Shown piece after piece: positions 25,743 through 35,136 of a stretch of DNA of 36,459 nucleotides; the first letter of the stretch is position 1; the number at the start of each line of letters is the position of its first letter. The notes beneath the pieces were generated by a model. It saw only the letters and a program-made list of their open reading frames with translations. It searched no databases and was not told the DNA's origin. Source of the stretch: a virus. Its lineage: Duplodnaviria; Caudoviricetes. The position numbers and the translations under genes are program-made. Where the stretch lies: IMG/VR virus record IMGVR_UViG_3300007363_000050, positions 1-36,459 of that record; one strand, written 5' to 3'.

Positions 25743-28660
25743 ACGGCCTCCAGCGGCTCCACGTCAATCGGCGGCTCGGGCATGAAATGCCCCAGCCATT
25801 CGGTTTGCTTTGCGGCCAGCAGCGCGGGAATCTGCCCCGCATGCCGCACCCAGACCCGCGTCGGAGCCGCGCGGCCCTGCAAGCCCTGCTGGCCTGCGGC
25901 AAAGGCCAACTCCACCTCAAACGCGCCAGTGACGCGCTTGACGGCCTGCTCGTAGAACGGCCGCGCCAACTGGTGATACTTGTCGGCGTAGTCTGGGAAA
26001 TGCGTCTCGAACAGTTCGATGCACTTCCGCAAATGCTCGCGGCTCTGGTCGGTCGGCCCCTGCGATTCCATGATCCACGTGGCGAGGTTCAGGTGGTCGC
26101 GCAGCAGGAGCAGGTAGTGCAGGCGGCGTTCTGGGAACACCTGCCCGTCGCGCTGCAAGAGCGGCAGGTTTCGATGCACCGCCTTGTTCCTCCGGATGGC
26201 CTCGTTCAGGTAGCCCGTGTGGGCGATGTCCGTGTCATGCAGTTGCAGGGCGGGCACGATGTCGCCGTTGCAGTCGCCCATCTGCGGCTGCTCATGCACG
26301 CAGCCGTAGAACTGGATGTCCGGCCGCTTGCGGAACACGCGGATGGGCGTGTCAAACGTGACTGGCATGTCCAGTTGCAGGTGCTGCTGCTTCAGCCCGA
26401 AGCCCACAAAGACCGTCGAGTCGAGATACTTCCGCAGGCACTCCGGCTGCATCAGGCGTTCGTCCGTGTCTATCCACATGAACCAATCGCCGGTCGCGGC
26501 CTGAAGCGTCGTGTTACGCGCCTCGGCAAAGCCACCGTGCAGGCCATGCACCGGGCCAACGTCGATAATGCGCGCCCGCGGATACTCGCCGGCAATCGCG
26601 ACCAGCGTGTCAGGATTCACGCCGGTATTGGCGAGGATGATGTCGTCGGCAATGTGCCAGATGGAACTTAGGCAGCGCCGGATGTCGATCGTTTCCCCGG
26701 CCAGAATCCCCACCGAAAGCGTCGGCTTCGGCCGCGTCAATGCCACGATGCGGTCGAGGTCACGCGCGCCAAACGCCTTCCGCGAGAACCTGCACGAGAC
26801 AATCCAGTGCCCGATGCGGTTGCCACGCGGCGTCACGCCCATATCCAGCAGGGACACGTTCAGGTTGTCCTGCCCGCCGAAAATGGCCTCCAGATCACGA
26901 GGCGTGAAGCAGTGGACGTGCCCGCGCTTCACCACCATGTCTTGACTGGCGAGTTCCAGGAACGGCCCCATCGGCATGGTAGCCACCATGCGAGCGCCCG
27001 ATGAGCATCGCTTCCGCACCGCTGTGAGGAACCCCGGCACGTTGGCAATGTGTTCGAGGAACTCGCCAATGAAAACCCCGTCAAACGGGCCGTAGGTCTT
27101 GAGGCTGTCCAGCGTGGCCTCATGGGCCGTGTGCGTCGTGTAGTCATACGCAGGCCCGACAAGGAACGTGCAGCGGTCTGCCACGCCGTGTTCAGCCGCG
27201 AACGCCTGCGCCACGCGGATATTCTCGGCCGCGTAGTCGAGGCCCAGCACGCGGCGCGTCGGTGAGGCCAGTGCCAGCGCCACGGCAAACGAGCCATTCC
27301 CGCAGGCGAGGTCCAGCACGCACTCGCTGCCCGCCAGCGCTTCGATCACAGGCGTAATGCGGCGGTTGTTGGCCATCTCCAGCCGCGGGTCCAGCGCACG
27401 GGCGCTGTAGTCCTCAGAGACCTGCTCCAGCCCGTCAATGACGCGCGTGGCGTCTTCCACGACCTCCGGCCAGCCCTGCTCGGCCGCAAAATGCCGCACG
27501 GCCACGTAGTCGTCGCGCTGCTTGAGCTGCTCCAGAATGCCGCGCGGATTCGACCGCACCCGCGCCGTCAGGCGCTGGGCCACCATCTGTTCCCACTCAG
27601 CGGCCACCTCGTTGAACCGATAGTGGTCAACGTGCAGGAGACCCTTTTCCACGCGGTCCATCACGGGCGTCTGGCCCGTCAGGATGCCCTCGACAATGCC
27701 GATGCTTTCAGCCTGGTAGGCAGGGCTGTCGGCGTCGCCCTTGACCAGCCAGCCATGTGGCACGGTCTCTGGCAGCGCGCCCTTCCACGAGCCAACGAAC
27801 GGCGTGCCGCAGGCCTGTGCCTCAATCGCGGCCACGCAGGACGTCTCGGCAAAGTCCGCAATGCCCGGATACCACATGACCGCCGACGACCGGATGGCCT
27901 CATACAGGGCAGGCTTGCCCAGTTCGCCCAGCCACGTAATGCCGCCCACGGCGCGGTTCACGGCCTCCACCTGCTCGTCGTAGGCGGCGCACACGCGGCC
28001 CCAGCCTGAGGCGTCATACATGCTGTTGTATCGGCACAGGTGCAACTCGGCGTCTGGCACGCGGCGCTTCAGTTCGGGCCACATCGCCAGCAGCGGCCGC
28101 AGGCCACGTTCCGGGCGCGTAATGTGGATCACCTTTTTCAGATTGCGCGTGCCTTCGAGCGGCACGTATGACGGGTCAAATCCGTTCTTGCAGACCCAGC
28201 CGATGGGGGTCAGTTCCGGGGCCACGCCTTCCCACTGTTTCCTGTGGTAGTGCGACACGTAGGCCGACACGTCATAGGCCCACGCCAGCGCCATCGTCAT
28301 ATTCTTGGCGGCGCTGCCGGTCATCAAATCCTGATTCCACAGCACGCGCAGGGCGGCGTCGATGTTCGCGCCGAAAATGTGCGGCATGCGAAGGGCCACG
28401 AAGACGTCCCATGCGGTAAACCGTGAGACATCAGCCAGCGCATTCGTCGGATGCCACGTCACGCCCCAGCGGTCAATCGGGCGTGCGTCATTGTGGAGTT
28501 TCGTGGTGAAGATATGCACGCGGTGCCCACGCGCCTGAAGCGCACGAGCCAGCCCGAGGCAGGCCGACTCTGACCCGCCGAGCGATTCCGTGCCCGCCTG
28601 CACGCCTGGCGTGAACTCGACCGAATCGATATGAAAGGCCCACGTGAGGCTAGCGCGCAT
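25739..28660 (-). CDS. Three-domain fusion: GT-B (GT4-like) glycosyltransferase + SAM-dependent methyltransferase + GT-A (GT2-like) glycosyltransferase, 973 aa
   Basis: LGGSE, RPERGL, ETSCVAAIEAQACGTP...GALPET; VLDLACGNG, GEFLEH; ARN, WFMWIDTDE, GCVHEQ; AAGGAG SD before ATG 28660. Confidence 0.88.
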   Translation of the reverse strand: MRASLTWAFHIDSVEFTPGVQAGTESLGGSESACLGLARALQARGHRVHIFTTKLHNDARPIDRWGVTWHPTNALADVSRFTAWDVFVALRMPHIFGANIDAALRVLWNQDLMTGSAAKNMTMALAWAYDVSAYVSHYHRKQWEGVAPELTPIGWVCKNGFDPSYVPLEGTRNLKKVIHITRPERGLRPLLAMWPELKRRVPDAELHLCRYNSMYDASGWGRVCAAYDEQVEAVNRAVGGITWLGELGKPALYEAIRSSAVMWYPGIADFAETSCVAAIEAQACGTPFVGSWKGALPETVPHGWLVKGDADSPAYQAESIGIVEGILTGQTPVMDRVEKGLLHVDHYRFNEVAAEWEQMVAQRLTARVRSNPRGILEQLKQRDDYVAVRHFAAEQGWPEVVEDATRVIDGLEQVSEDYSARALDPRLEMANNRRITPVIEALAGSECVLDLACGNGSFAVALALASPTRRVLGLDYAAENIRVAQAFAAEHGVADRCTFLVGPAYDYTTHTAHEATLDSLKTYGPFDGVFIGEFLEHIANVPGFLTAVRKRCSSGARMVATMPMGPFLELASQDMVVKRGHVHCFTPRDLEAIFGGQDNLNVSLLDMGVTPRGNRIGHWIVSCRFSRKAFGARDLDRIVALTRPKPTLSVGILAGETIDIRRCLSSIWHIADDIILANTGVNPDTLVAIAGEYPRARIIDVGPVHGLHGGFAEARNTTLQAATGDWFMWIDTDERLMQPECLRKYLDSTVFVGFGLKQQHLQLDMPVTFDTPIRVFRKRPDIQFYGCVHEQPQMGDCNGDIVPALQLHDTDIAHTGYLNEAIRRNKAVHRNLPLLQRDGQVFPERRLHYLLLLRDHLNLATWIMESQGPTDQSREHLRKCIELFETHFPDYADKYHQLARPFYEQAVKRVTGAFEVELAFAAGQQGLQGRAAPTRVWVRHAGQIPALLAAKQTEWLGHFMPEPPIDVEPLEAV

Positions 28661-28838
28661 CGATGGACTCCTTGCGCGGGCGTCCTGGGCCACGGCGTAG
28701 CGGCTCGTCGACGGCGTCCAGCACCTCTAGGCGCGGGCCAATGACATCGGCCAGATACCGCTGCCACCGCTTAAACACATCCGGCCGCACATCCTGCGGC
28801 CCTCGCGCTCGGCAAATCTCTTCCAGAATCGGGTCCAT
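28650..28838 (-). CDS. Small protein with C-terminal RRGPGRPRK AT-hook-like motif
   Basis: GAGGAG SD; directly after the major capsid gene. Confidence 0.7.
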   Translation of the reverse strand: MDPILEEICRARGPQDVRPDVFKRWQRYLADVIGPRLEVLDAVDEPLRRGPGRPRKESIDAR

Positions 28839-28872
28839 ACGTCACTCCTCACAGGGCGTTGCTCAGACGCCA

Positions 28873-28911
28873 GAAACCGACCGGGGCGGCTCACACGAAC
28901 CGCCCCGGCCG
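28873..28911 (-). terminator. Strong hairpin after the capsid gene; probably a leaky terminator
   Basis: 15-bp stem CGGCCGGGGCGGUUC-GUGU-GAGCCGCCCCGGUCG followed by only GUUUCU. Confidence 0.65.
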
Positions 28912-28917
28912 AGGGTG

Positions 28918-30060
28918 TTAGCTCTTGATGCGGGCCATGGCGTTCGGGTGATGCACCTCGATGGTGTATTCCCCGGTCAGCAGACCCTTCTTGTTGTCGC
29001 CGGTCTTGCCCATCTCGTCATACGAGAACGAGCGACCCTGAAGCGGCACCACCTTCACGCGCTCACGCGGGACCAGCAGCAGTTCCGTGCCAGACAGGAC
29101 GCGCGACAGGATGACCGTCGCGGTGCCCAGCGGCCCGGTGTAGGTGCGGATGACGCGCTTGAAGAGTTCGGACTGGTTGGAGTCTTCGACCTTCGTGTCG
29201 TTCAGGTTGCTGATGTCGCGGAAGTAGGTCGGCCCCGCGACAATCGCCCAGTTCTCCGTGTCGGGCGAGCCGCCCTGCTCGTAGATGTTCTGCCACACGT
29301 TCCCGATGTAAAGGTGCGGGTTGGCCGAGAACGACGAGGCGGTGACCGTGCTGTTCACGGTGGTCAGCCAGTTCCGCAGCCCCTGCATCGTGCGGGTCTG
29401 CGAGGCCGAGCCGAGCGAGTTGGTGCTGTTCAGCACCCCGCGCACCACGCTCTTTTCGAGCTGATGCATCATGTCCACCACGCCCTTGGCGACGGCCTGA
29501 TCGTAGCTGTCGTTGCCGTAGATGTTGATGGCCAGTTCGGTTCCAGACGCGGCCACGGGCATCTCGAAGAGGCCCACGGTGTTGGCCTTGCGGTCACCCA
29601 GACGGCGCGTGTGGCGTCCGTCGTGGTCTGCGCCTTCAATGCCCGCCATCTCACGGACGTAGAGCTGACCGCCCGCGGCCAGCGAGCCCACCGCGCCGCC
29701 ACCGTAGGCGCGCGTGACCACGATGCTGTTGGCCCCGACAATCGAGGACACCTGCATCACTTCGGTCTGGGTCTCGTTCTCCAGAATCGTGCCGACCGTC
29801 AGCGCCTCACCCAGACCGTTGATCTGGATGCCAGTCGCGGCCGTGGCCGAGTTGATCGCCGTCGACGCCGTGATGAAGTTGGGCAGCATGTAGTCCTGCA
29901 CCCACTCATGCTTCGTCGACACGGCGAAGACCGACGAATCATCAAGCCAGTTCAGAAACGGCGTTTCCTTCGGGCTGAGGGTCGCAATCAGGCGCGACAC
30001 GTCCTCCTGCACCAGCGATGCGGTGAACAGGTCATTGGTAGACAGACCAGTAAATGCCAT
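28918..30060 (-). CDS. Major capsid protein (DUF5309 / SU10-like)
   Basis: EDVS..I...SP.ETPFL...TKHEWVQD...RTMQGL...GEYTIEV; follows the scaffold; strong codon bias. Confidence 0.88.
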   Translation of the reverse strand: MAFTGLSTNDLFTASLVQEDVSRLIATLSPKETPFLNWLDDSSVFAVSTKHEWVQDYMLPNFITASTAINSATAATGIQINGLGEALTVGTILENETQTEVMQVSSIVGANSIVVTRAYGGGAVGSLAAGGQLYVREMAGIEGADHDGRHTRRLGDRKANTVGLFEMPVAASGTELAINIYGNDSYDQAVAKGVVDMMHQLEKSVVRGVLNSTNSLGSASQTRTMQGLRNWLTTVNSTVTASSFSANPHLYIGNVWQNIYEQGGSPDTENWAIVAGPTYFRDISNLNDTKVEDSNQSELFKRVIRTYTGPLGTATVILSRVLSGTELLLVPRERVKVVPLQGRSFSYDEMGKTGDNKKGLLTGEYTIEVHHPNAMARIKS

Positions 30061-30075
30061 GTACGGACTCTCCTC

Positions 30076-30825
30076 TTAGCGGCCAGCCCCAGCGGCGCGG
30101 TTGCGAATCGAGCGCACCGCCTGCGTGAGGTTCTTGGCCGATGGGTTTGCAGCCACCGCCGCCAGCGCATCTTCATGCGCGGCATCAGCCGGTGTCTGCG
30201 TCTGACGGAATGCCGCCCCCCCCTGCGCGCGTCCGGGAATGGATTTCCCGCCGCGCAGATGGTGGGGATGCGACCCCAGGTATTCAGCCACCAACCCCTC
30301 AATACTCATCGGCTTGCCGTCCACCAGGCGGGGCGCGTTGTCGGCCCCCTTGACGAACGGGTCCAGATGGTCATCGAGGTCAATATCCGCTCCGAGGAGC
30401 TTGACCAGCTCAGGCAGGCTTTCATCACGCGCACCGGCAGCGACGGCGGCGGCGCGAATCTCGGCCCCGAGCATGGAGCGCAGTCGTGCGTCACGACGCC
30501 CGATCTCCGCATCTTTGAGCCGTGCGAGTTCTTCGCGTTCGGCAATCTGTTTGGTAAACCGCTCTTCTCGCAGACGGGCGGCTTCTTCGTAGTTCTTGTC
30601 GCGCGTCGCAATCTCTTCACGCAGGAGCTGGGCGTCGGCTTCGACCTGCTTCAGCCGTTCCCGCTCGGCGGGGTCCACGATGCGCGGCTGCATCTCTCGT
30701 TCGACCTTCTGCGCGCCACGCTTGTAGGCCTCGTTAATCGCGCGGTCCAAGAAGGACTGCAAGGGCGCGGGCAGTGTGCCGATGTTGCCCTGCTCGTCGA
30801 GTTCTACGGTAATCGGGTCTGGCAT
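30076..30825 (-). CDS. Capsid scaffolding protein
   Basis: Charged coiled coil directly upstream of the capsid gene; GAGG SD. Confidence 0.8.
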   Translation of the reverse strand: MPDPITVELDEQGNIGTLPAPLQSFLDRAINEAYKRGAQKVEREMQPRIVDPAERERLKQVEADAQLLREEIATRDKNYEEAARLREERFTKQIAEREELARLKDAEIGRRDARLRSMLGAEIRAAAVAAGARDESLPELVKLLGADIDLDDHLDPFVKGADNAPRLVDGKPMSIEGLVAEYLGSHPHHLRGGKSIPGRAQGGAAFRQTQTPADAAHEDALAAVAANPSAKNLTQAVRSIRNRAAGAGR

Positions 30826-30839
30826 AATCCTCGCTCTAG

Positions 30840-31046
30840 TTACGTGAGTCGGAGACGGGTCCGCAATTGCTTGTCTAACATCATACCGATATCGGTAAAG
30901 TCTTGCTCATTCAATTCAAAGAACTGACGCTTCACACGTGACCGGCCAGCCCCATCCACCTGATGGTAGAGCGCCTTTTGCATCGGCGTCTTTGGGCGCG
31001 AACTGCGCACGATGGTGTCTTTGCGTCCGCGAAACTTTCGGCGCAT
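30840..31046 (-). CDS. C-terminal half of a virion morphogenesis (neck) protein
   Basis: KALYHQ..G....KRQFFEL...D...I matches the family's C-terminal motif. Confidence 0.6.
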   Translation of the reverse strand: MRRKFRGRKDTIVRSSRPKTPMQKALYHQVDGAGRSRVKRQFFELNEQDFTDIGMMLDKQLRTRLRLT

Positions 31047-31050
31047 GATG

Positions 31051-31344
31051 TTATTTTCTAAACGTGACGGTCACGCCCGTCTCCGTCGCGAATACAACAA
31101 TGGCATCCAGCATGTCGCTACTCACCGTCAAGTCCACCATGGACGGATTGAGCCCGGCATCAAGTCGTTTCTTTGCATACGCCGCACTATACGGTCGGAA
31201 GGGAACATTCTGACCGTCCACGCCTTTGGCCGTGCGGATCAAGATACGGTTGCGAATGAACTCGCCCACCCGCTGCCAGTCATTCTTTTCCCACCGGAGG
31301 TTCTTCGTGAGCGGCTCAAAATTGCGTGTGACGATGACGCCCAT
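31051..31344 (-). CDS. N-terminal half of a virion morphogenesis (neck) protein
   Basis: GVDGQNVPFRPYSAAYAKKR...VDLTVSSDML matches the family's N-terminal motif. Confidence 0.65.
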   Translation of the reverse strand: MGVIVTRNFEPLTKNLRWEKNDWQRVGEFIRNRILIRTAKGVDGQNVPFRPYSAAYAKKRLDAGLNPSMVDLTVSSDMLDAIVVFATETGVTVTFRK

Positions 31345-32240
31345 TAGTTCGTGGTGCTCCTATTGTTGGCGCGGCGCGCAGCATCCGACCGTCTGGCGTT
31401 GGCGCGCAATTGCTTAATGCGCTCCATGTTCACGGCGAATCCTGGCGCACGTTCTCCCGTGCCCACCAGTTCGACGAGTTCTGGAGCCACCGCAGGCAAC
31501 CAGACATGCCGACAATTGTAGCCGCCTCCGGTAATAAACGGATTCGGCAACTGCCCATTGTCCATCTGCTCGATGTCCTGCCGCGTAAAGACTTTCCCGA
31601 CGCGATCCAAGCACCAGTCTCTGGTGCGCCCATCGCGAGGACCAGCGAATAGAAACACTTGGTCAGGGCCGAGCGCTTCAGCAGACATCGCCTCCATTTG
31701 CCGACCGTAAATGCTGACCTGCGTGTCAAACAACGTTTGCACGTCGTTGAAATTCTTATCAAGCGTGACCGCAAGGTCTTGCAGAATTTGCGCTCGGTCT
31801 TGAATGGTCAATGCCGATAGCGATACCGCGAGCAGGAGATTTGTGGCAATGGTGTCACCCAGCCCCAGCAGATTGGCACTGCCCACTTGCGCCAGCGCCG
31901 CCACGCGCCGTGGATTCGGCCGAATAAACGAGACCACCCCCGGCACGTCCTGCCGTTGCCCCAAGGCTCGCACCATCGTTTCCACTGCGGCGATCGAACC
32001 CGTCTCCATGAGGTCATCAAAGCCAGCGCGTGACAATGCGGCGCGAATGTCCGCGCGCAAGGCCAATCCTTGCACGGCCTGAACGGTCGCGCCGCGGTTG
32101 CCCTCGATGGCCTGCCGCAGCACCGGCAACAATTCACGCTCGGCCCTGCGGAGCACTTCAGCCAGCAGGGCGGCAAAGTTTGTCCCAGTCCGCGTCGAAA
32201 CTTTTGCTAGCAGTTCGCCGGTCTCTTGCGGTGTGGCCAT
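31344..32240 (-). CDS. Minor head / head morphogenesis protein (MuF / SPP1 gp7-like)
   Basis: GPRDGRTRDWC...GGYNCRHVW; follows the portal. Confidence 0.8.
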   Translation of the reverse strand: MATPQETGELLAKVSTRTGTNFAALLAEVLRRAERELLPVLRQAIEGNRGATVQAVQGLALRADIRAALSRAGFDDLMETGSIAAVETMVRALGQRQDVPGVVSFIRPNPRRVAALAQVGSANLLGLGDTIATNLLLAVSLSALTIQDRAQILQDLAVTLDKNFNDVQTLFDTQVSIYGRQMEAMSAEALGPDQVFLFAGPRDGRTRDWCLDRVGKVFTRQDIEQMDNGQLPNPFITGGGYNCRHVWLPAVAPELVELVGTGERAPGFAVNMERIKQLRANARRSDAARRANNRSTTN

Positions 32241-32243
32241 GCG

Positions 32244-33821
32244 CTACGCGGGCGGTTCCTGCATGTCCATCACATCTAGGGTCATCCGGTCAGTCAAGGC
32301 CTGTAGCCCTGCCTGCCGTCGCGCCGTTGGTGATTCGGTGGGCGTCTGCACGATATCGTCGTCAATCTGCTGGAGCGTGTCCAGATGCACATCCGGCAGC
32401 ACCGCACGGGCGGCGCGCTTGCGAATCTCGCCCGTGGCCGTCTGGCCGAGGTCCAGCGCCATGGCATCGGCAAACTGCTTGATGACCTTTTCCAGATTCA
32501 GCGTGTCGAACTGGTCAGGCCAGCGGATGGTCAGCTCGTCGGCCGCTTCCCACCGGTCAGCCGCGTCACCGTAGGCGGCACGATAGACCAGCCTGGTCAC
32601 AAACTCGTCCACGCGCTGCAACTCGTCCGCGAATCCGGCCAACTGCTGGTTCAGGTCTTCGCGCTTAATCTGCCGCGCGTCTGCCGATTCGGCCGCGCGT
32701 CCGTCCGACTCCCATGGCAGCACGCTCAGCCGGTAAATCGTGCGCTGGAGCCGGTCCATGTGGTCATGGTAGGACTGCACGTTGGTGTTATCGGGCGACA
32801 GCATCTGCGCCGAATTGGTCGTGAACAGAATGTTGCCCGTGCCTGACTGCTGACCGATGAGTTCCTGTTCTTTCTGCACCCCACCAGGCGTCTCTCCAAT
32901 CGGGACGTTCAAGATTGAGAACGTCTGCTTGCGGAGCAGTTCGCGCGTCTCGCTGATGAGGTTGTAGAGGTCGATATAGAGCTGCGGATCACCCAGCACC
33001 GACCGCCCCACAAACGGCGTCAGCGCACGGCGGCGGGCATACATCACGAAGGCAGGCACCACGCCGAAGTCGTGCGTGCCCGAGGCAATCTCCTTGCCCG
33101 AGCGGTTCAGCAGTTTCCAGCCCTCGGCGTCCACTACGCGCACGCGCACGTCCACGCTGTAGGCCGTTGAGGTCTTCGCGTAGCTTTCACGCGGCACGGC
33201 TTCCAGAAACTTGACGCTGACCAACCGGTTGTTATCGTCCACCAGCCAGTCAATGACGTCGATGGGCGTATACCAGCGCACGTACGCGCGGCGCGGGTCG
33301 TCGGGCTGCACGTCGACGTAGCCCCAGAGATGGCCAAACGCGGCGCACGGCCCCCACGCCTCTTTCAGGAGGTCGTTCCAGTTTGTGCCGTTGCCATCCG
33401 CGTCATTCCAGAACAGCTCGATGGGCCGTCGCACGGCGACCGTCGGCGCGTTGGGCCCGAAGGACCGCTGCGGTTTATGGCGGAAGAGTGCCCCGCTCAG
33501 TTGCTCGATGAGCGTGGACGCAATGTTCTCGTAGCGGGCCAGCTTGCGCCGCTCTTTCAGTTTCGGAGACGGCTTCGACGGGTTGGCGTTGACCTCAAAC
33601 CGCAGCAACTGGCCGCCGTCGCCAAAGACCGGGGACGAATGGTCGAGCCACTCGCGTGGATGGGCAATCAGGTAGGGCTTGGTGTCGTCGAGAAACCCTC
33701 CCGCGCCTTCGTAGACGTCGAGGAGCTTGACCCACACGTCGCGCCACCGCAGGTAGAGCGGATGCACGACACCGATAACAGAGGACGGCGCACCGAGCGG
33801 CGCTGATGCTGGGATAGCCAC
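32244..33821 (-). CDS. Portal protein (GTG start, probably leaderless)
   Basis: HPLY..W...W....DVYEG, RRKLARYEN, AESADAR; size and position. Confidence 0.88.
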   Translation of the reverse strand: MAIPASAPLGAPSSVIGVVHPLYLRWRDVWVKLLDVYEGAGGFLDDTKPYLIAHPREWLDHSSPVFGDGGQLLRFEVNANPSKPSPKLKERRKLARYENIASTLIEQLSGALFRHKPQRSFGPNAPTVAVRRPIELFWNDADGNGTNWNDLLKEAWGPCAAFGHLWGYVDVQPDDPRRAYVRWYTPIDVIDWLVDDNNRLVSVKFLEAVPRESYAKTSTAYSVDVRVRVVDAEGWKLLNRSGKEIASGTHDFGVVPAFVMYARRRALTPFVGRSVLGDPQLYIDLYNLISETRELLRKQTFSILNVPIGETPGGVQKEQELIGQQSGTGNILFTTNSAQMLSPDNTNVQSYHDHMDRLQRTIYRLSVLPWESDGRAAESADARQIKREDLNQQLAGFADELQRVDEFVTRLVYRAAYGDAADRWEAADELTIRWPDQFDTLNLEKVIKQFADAMALDLGQTATGEIRKRAARAVLPDVHLDTLQQIDDDIVQTPTESPTARRQAGLQALTDRMTLDVMDMQEPPA

Positions 33822-33827
33822 GGGTTC

Positions 33828-33856
33828 ATTGTCCGTGGCGCTGCCCTCAGCGTCAA
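33828..33856 (-). promoter_or_regulatory. Sigma70-type promoter TTGACG-N17-GACAAT
   Basis: 17-nt spacing; in-frame portal GTG lies 6 nt after the -10 box, with no SD. Confidence 0.6.
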
Positions 33857-33871
33857 GGCGCAACCCCTAGA

Positions 33872-34108
33872 TTATGGGTTGCGCGGCATCAATGTGACGA
33901 CAAACTGACAGCCTAGCCCTTCCGCAATCTGCACCAGCACCGACAGGCGCGTATTTTTGAGGGTCATCACGCGCCCGACCGTGTTCTCGCAGACTCCGGC
34001 CAGCGCGGCCACTTGCGCGTAAGACATCCGGCGTTCGCGGATGATGGCGTCAATCTGCGAGGCAATCGACTCGCAGACCTCCTCCGTGGCGCGCTGCATC
34101 AGTGGCAT
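33872..34108 (-). CDS. XRE/Cro-like HTH protein
   Basis: RRMSYAQVAALAGVCENTVGRV...TRLSVLVQIAEGLG. Confidence 0.8.
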   Translation of the reverse strand: MPLMQRATEEVCESIASQIDAIIRERRMSYAQVAALAGVCENTVGRVMTLKNTRLSVLVQIAEGLGCQFVVTLMPRNP

Positions 34109-34112
34109 GGTG

Positions 34113-34619
34113 TTACCACTTTACATGATTGCAGATGTGGCAGCACATTTCCACAAAGTCTTCTACAGACATAGTGCCACGCATCATGTTTACTTTCTTA
34201 TGCACCAGGTGCACGTTGTCTTCTGTATAGCCTCTAGAATTGTCTATACGATCAATTGAAGCCGTGTGAATCCACGCCACGCTTGACCAGCCAATTGGCA
34301 AACCAGAGAAAGCACATAGCTTGCCTTGTTTCTCGTAAAGCATGTTTAAAGTGTCAAGCGTGATTGACCACTCATAGCCTCTTGAAATAGCACTTTTCCT
34401 GAATGATTCGTACCACGCCACTCTGACTGCACCAGACATGCCAGATGGATGATTTTTTATGTTGCTACACTTTTTGCACGGCTGCTTCAGCAAGTGCGCG
34501 TGGATGCAATAGTTTCGACGTAAATGAGTTATAGCGGCATTGCAGACAGGGCACTTCCGCACCCATCGCTTGGCCTCATTTTTGTATACACCGTTGGGGA
34601 TATCGATTGCGCTTGGCAT
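34113..34619 (-). CDS. HNH-like (His-Me finger) endonuclease, visibly AT-richer than its flanks
   Basis: CPVC...CKKC; CAFSG; SIDRIDNSRGYTEDNVHLVHKKVNMM. Confidence 0.85.
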   Translation of the reverse strand: MPSAIDIPNGVYKNEAKRWVRKCPVCNAAITHLRRNYCIHAHLLKQPCKKCSNIKNHPSGMSGAVRVAWYESFRKSAISRGYEWSITLDTLNMLYEKQGKLCAFSGLPIGWSSVAWIHTASIDRIDNSRGYTEDNVHLVHKKVNMMRGTMSVEDFVEMCCHICNHVKW

Positions 34620-34913
34620 CTATCTCCATTTCACGCGATCTGACCAGTAGGCCGCGCTCATCTTGCCCTTTGCGATGTTCTCAGCATGGCGCGCGCGGAA
34701 GGCCTCACGGCGCTCACGGTCTGCGGCCGACTCGCCTTCGCGGCGCGGCGAGCCTTTCACGCCCTGCTGGCCAAAGCGGATGGTCTTGACCTCGCCGTCT
34801 TCCTTGGCCACCACCACGTGCGACTTCGTCGGATGCGACGGCGTGCGCTTCGGCTGGTTGTAGTCGTCCAGCCCCAATCTTGTCAGGCGCGGGTCTTTCG
34901 CTTTCTTTGCCAT
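34620..34913 (-). CDS. Small basic phage protein
   Basis: PKRTPSHPTKSHVVVAK...IRFGQQG...FRARH...SAAYWS..VKW, a pattern I recognise from uncultured phages; GAGGTG SD. Confidence 0.8.
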   Translation of the reverse strand: MAKKAKDPRLTRLGLDDYNQPKRTPSHPTKSHVVVAKEDGEVKTIRFGQQGVKGSPRREGESAADRERREAFRARHAENIAKGKMSAAYWSDRVKWR

Positions 34914-34917
34914 TGGT

Positions 34918-35136
34918 TCACCTCTGCGTCGTGGTCGTGCGTTGAAACGGCACCACGTTGTCTGGCACGTGGCGTGTGGCCCAGTAGGTCTGCAAGATAA
35001 TCCCAGCGTTCATGCCGTAGAACGTGGCGACCGCCCACGCCCACCACGGCCCAAGGTCCAGCCCGACAATGAAGCCGACGCCGAGCGCCATATATGCGGC
35101 CATCTGCGCCAGGACGGCCCAGCCGCTGCGCTTCAC
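34918..35136 (-). CDS. Small two-TM membrane protein
   Basis: GTGA overlap with the terL stop; two hydrophobic segments. Confidence 0.6.
   Translation of the reverse strand: MKRSGWAVLAQMAAYMALGVGFIVGLDLGPWWAWAVATFYGMNAGIILQTYWATRHVPDNVVPFQRTTTTQR

Noticed and set aside
28663-30927. 754-aa plus-strand ORF and the many other plus-strand ORFs
   Set aside because: Antisense shadows of GC-rich minus-strand genes; no recognisable motifs
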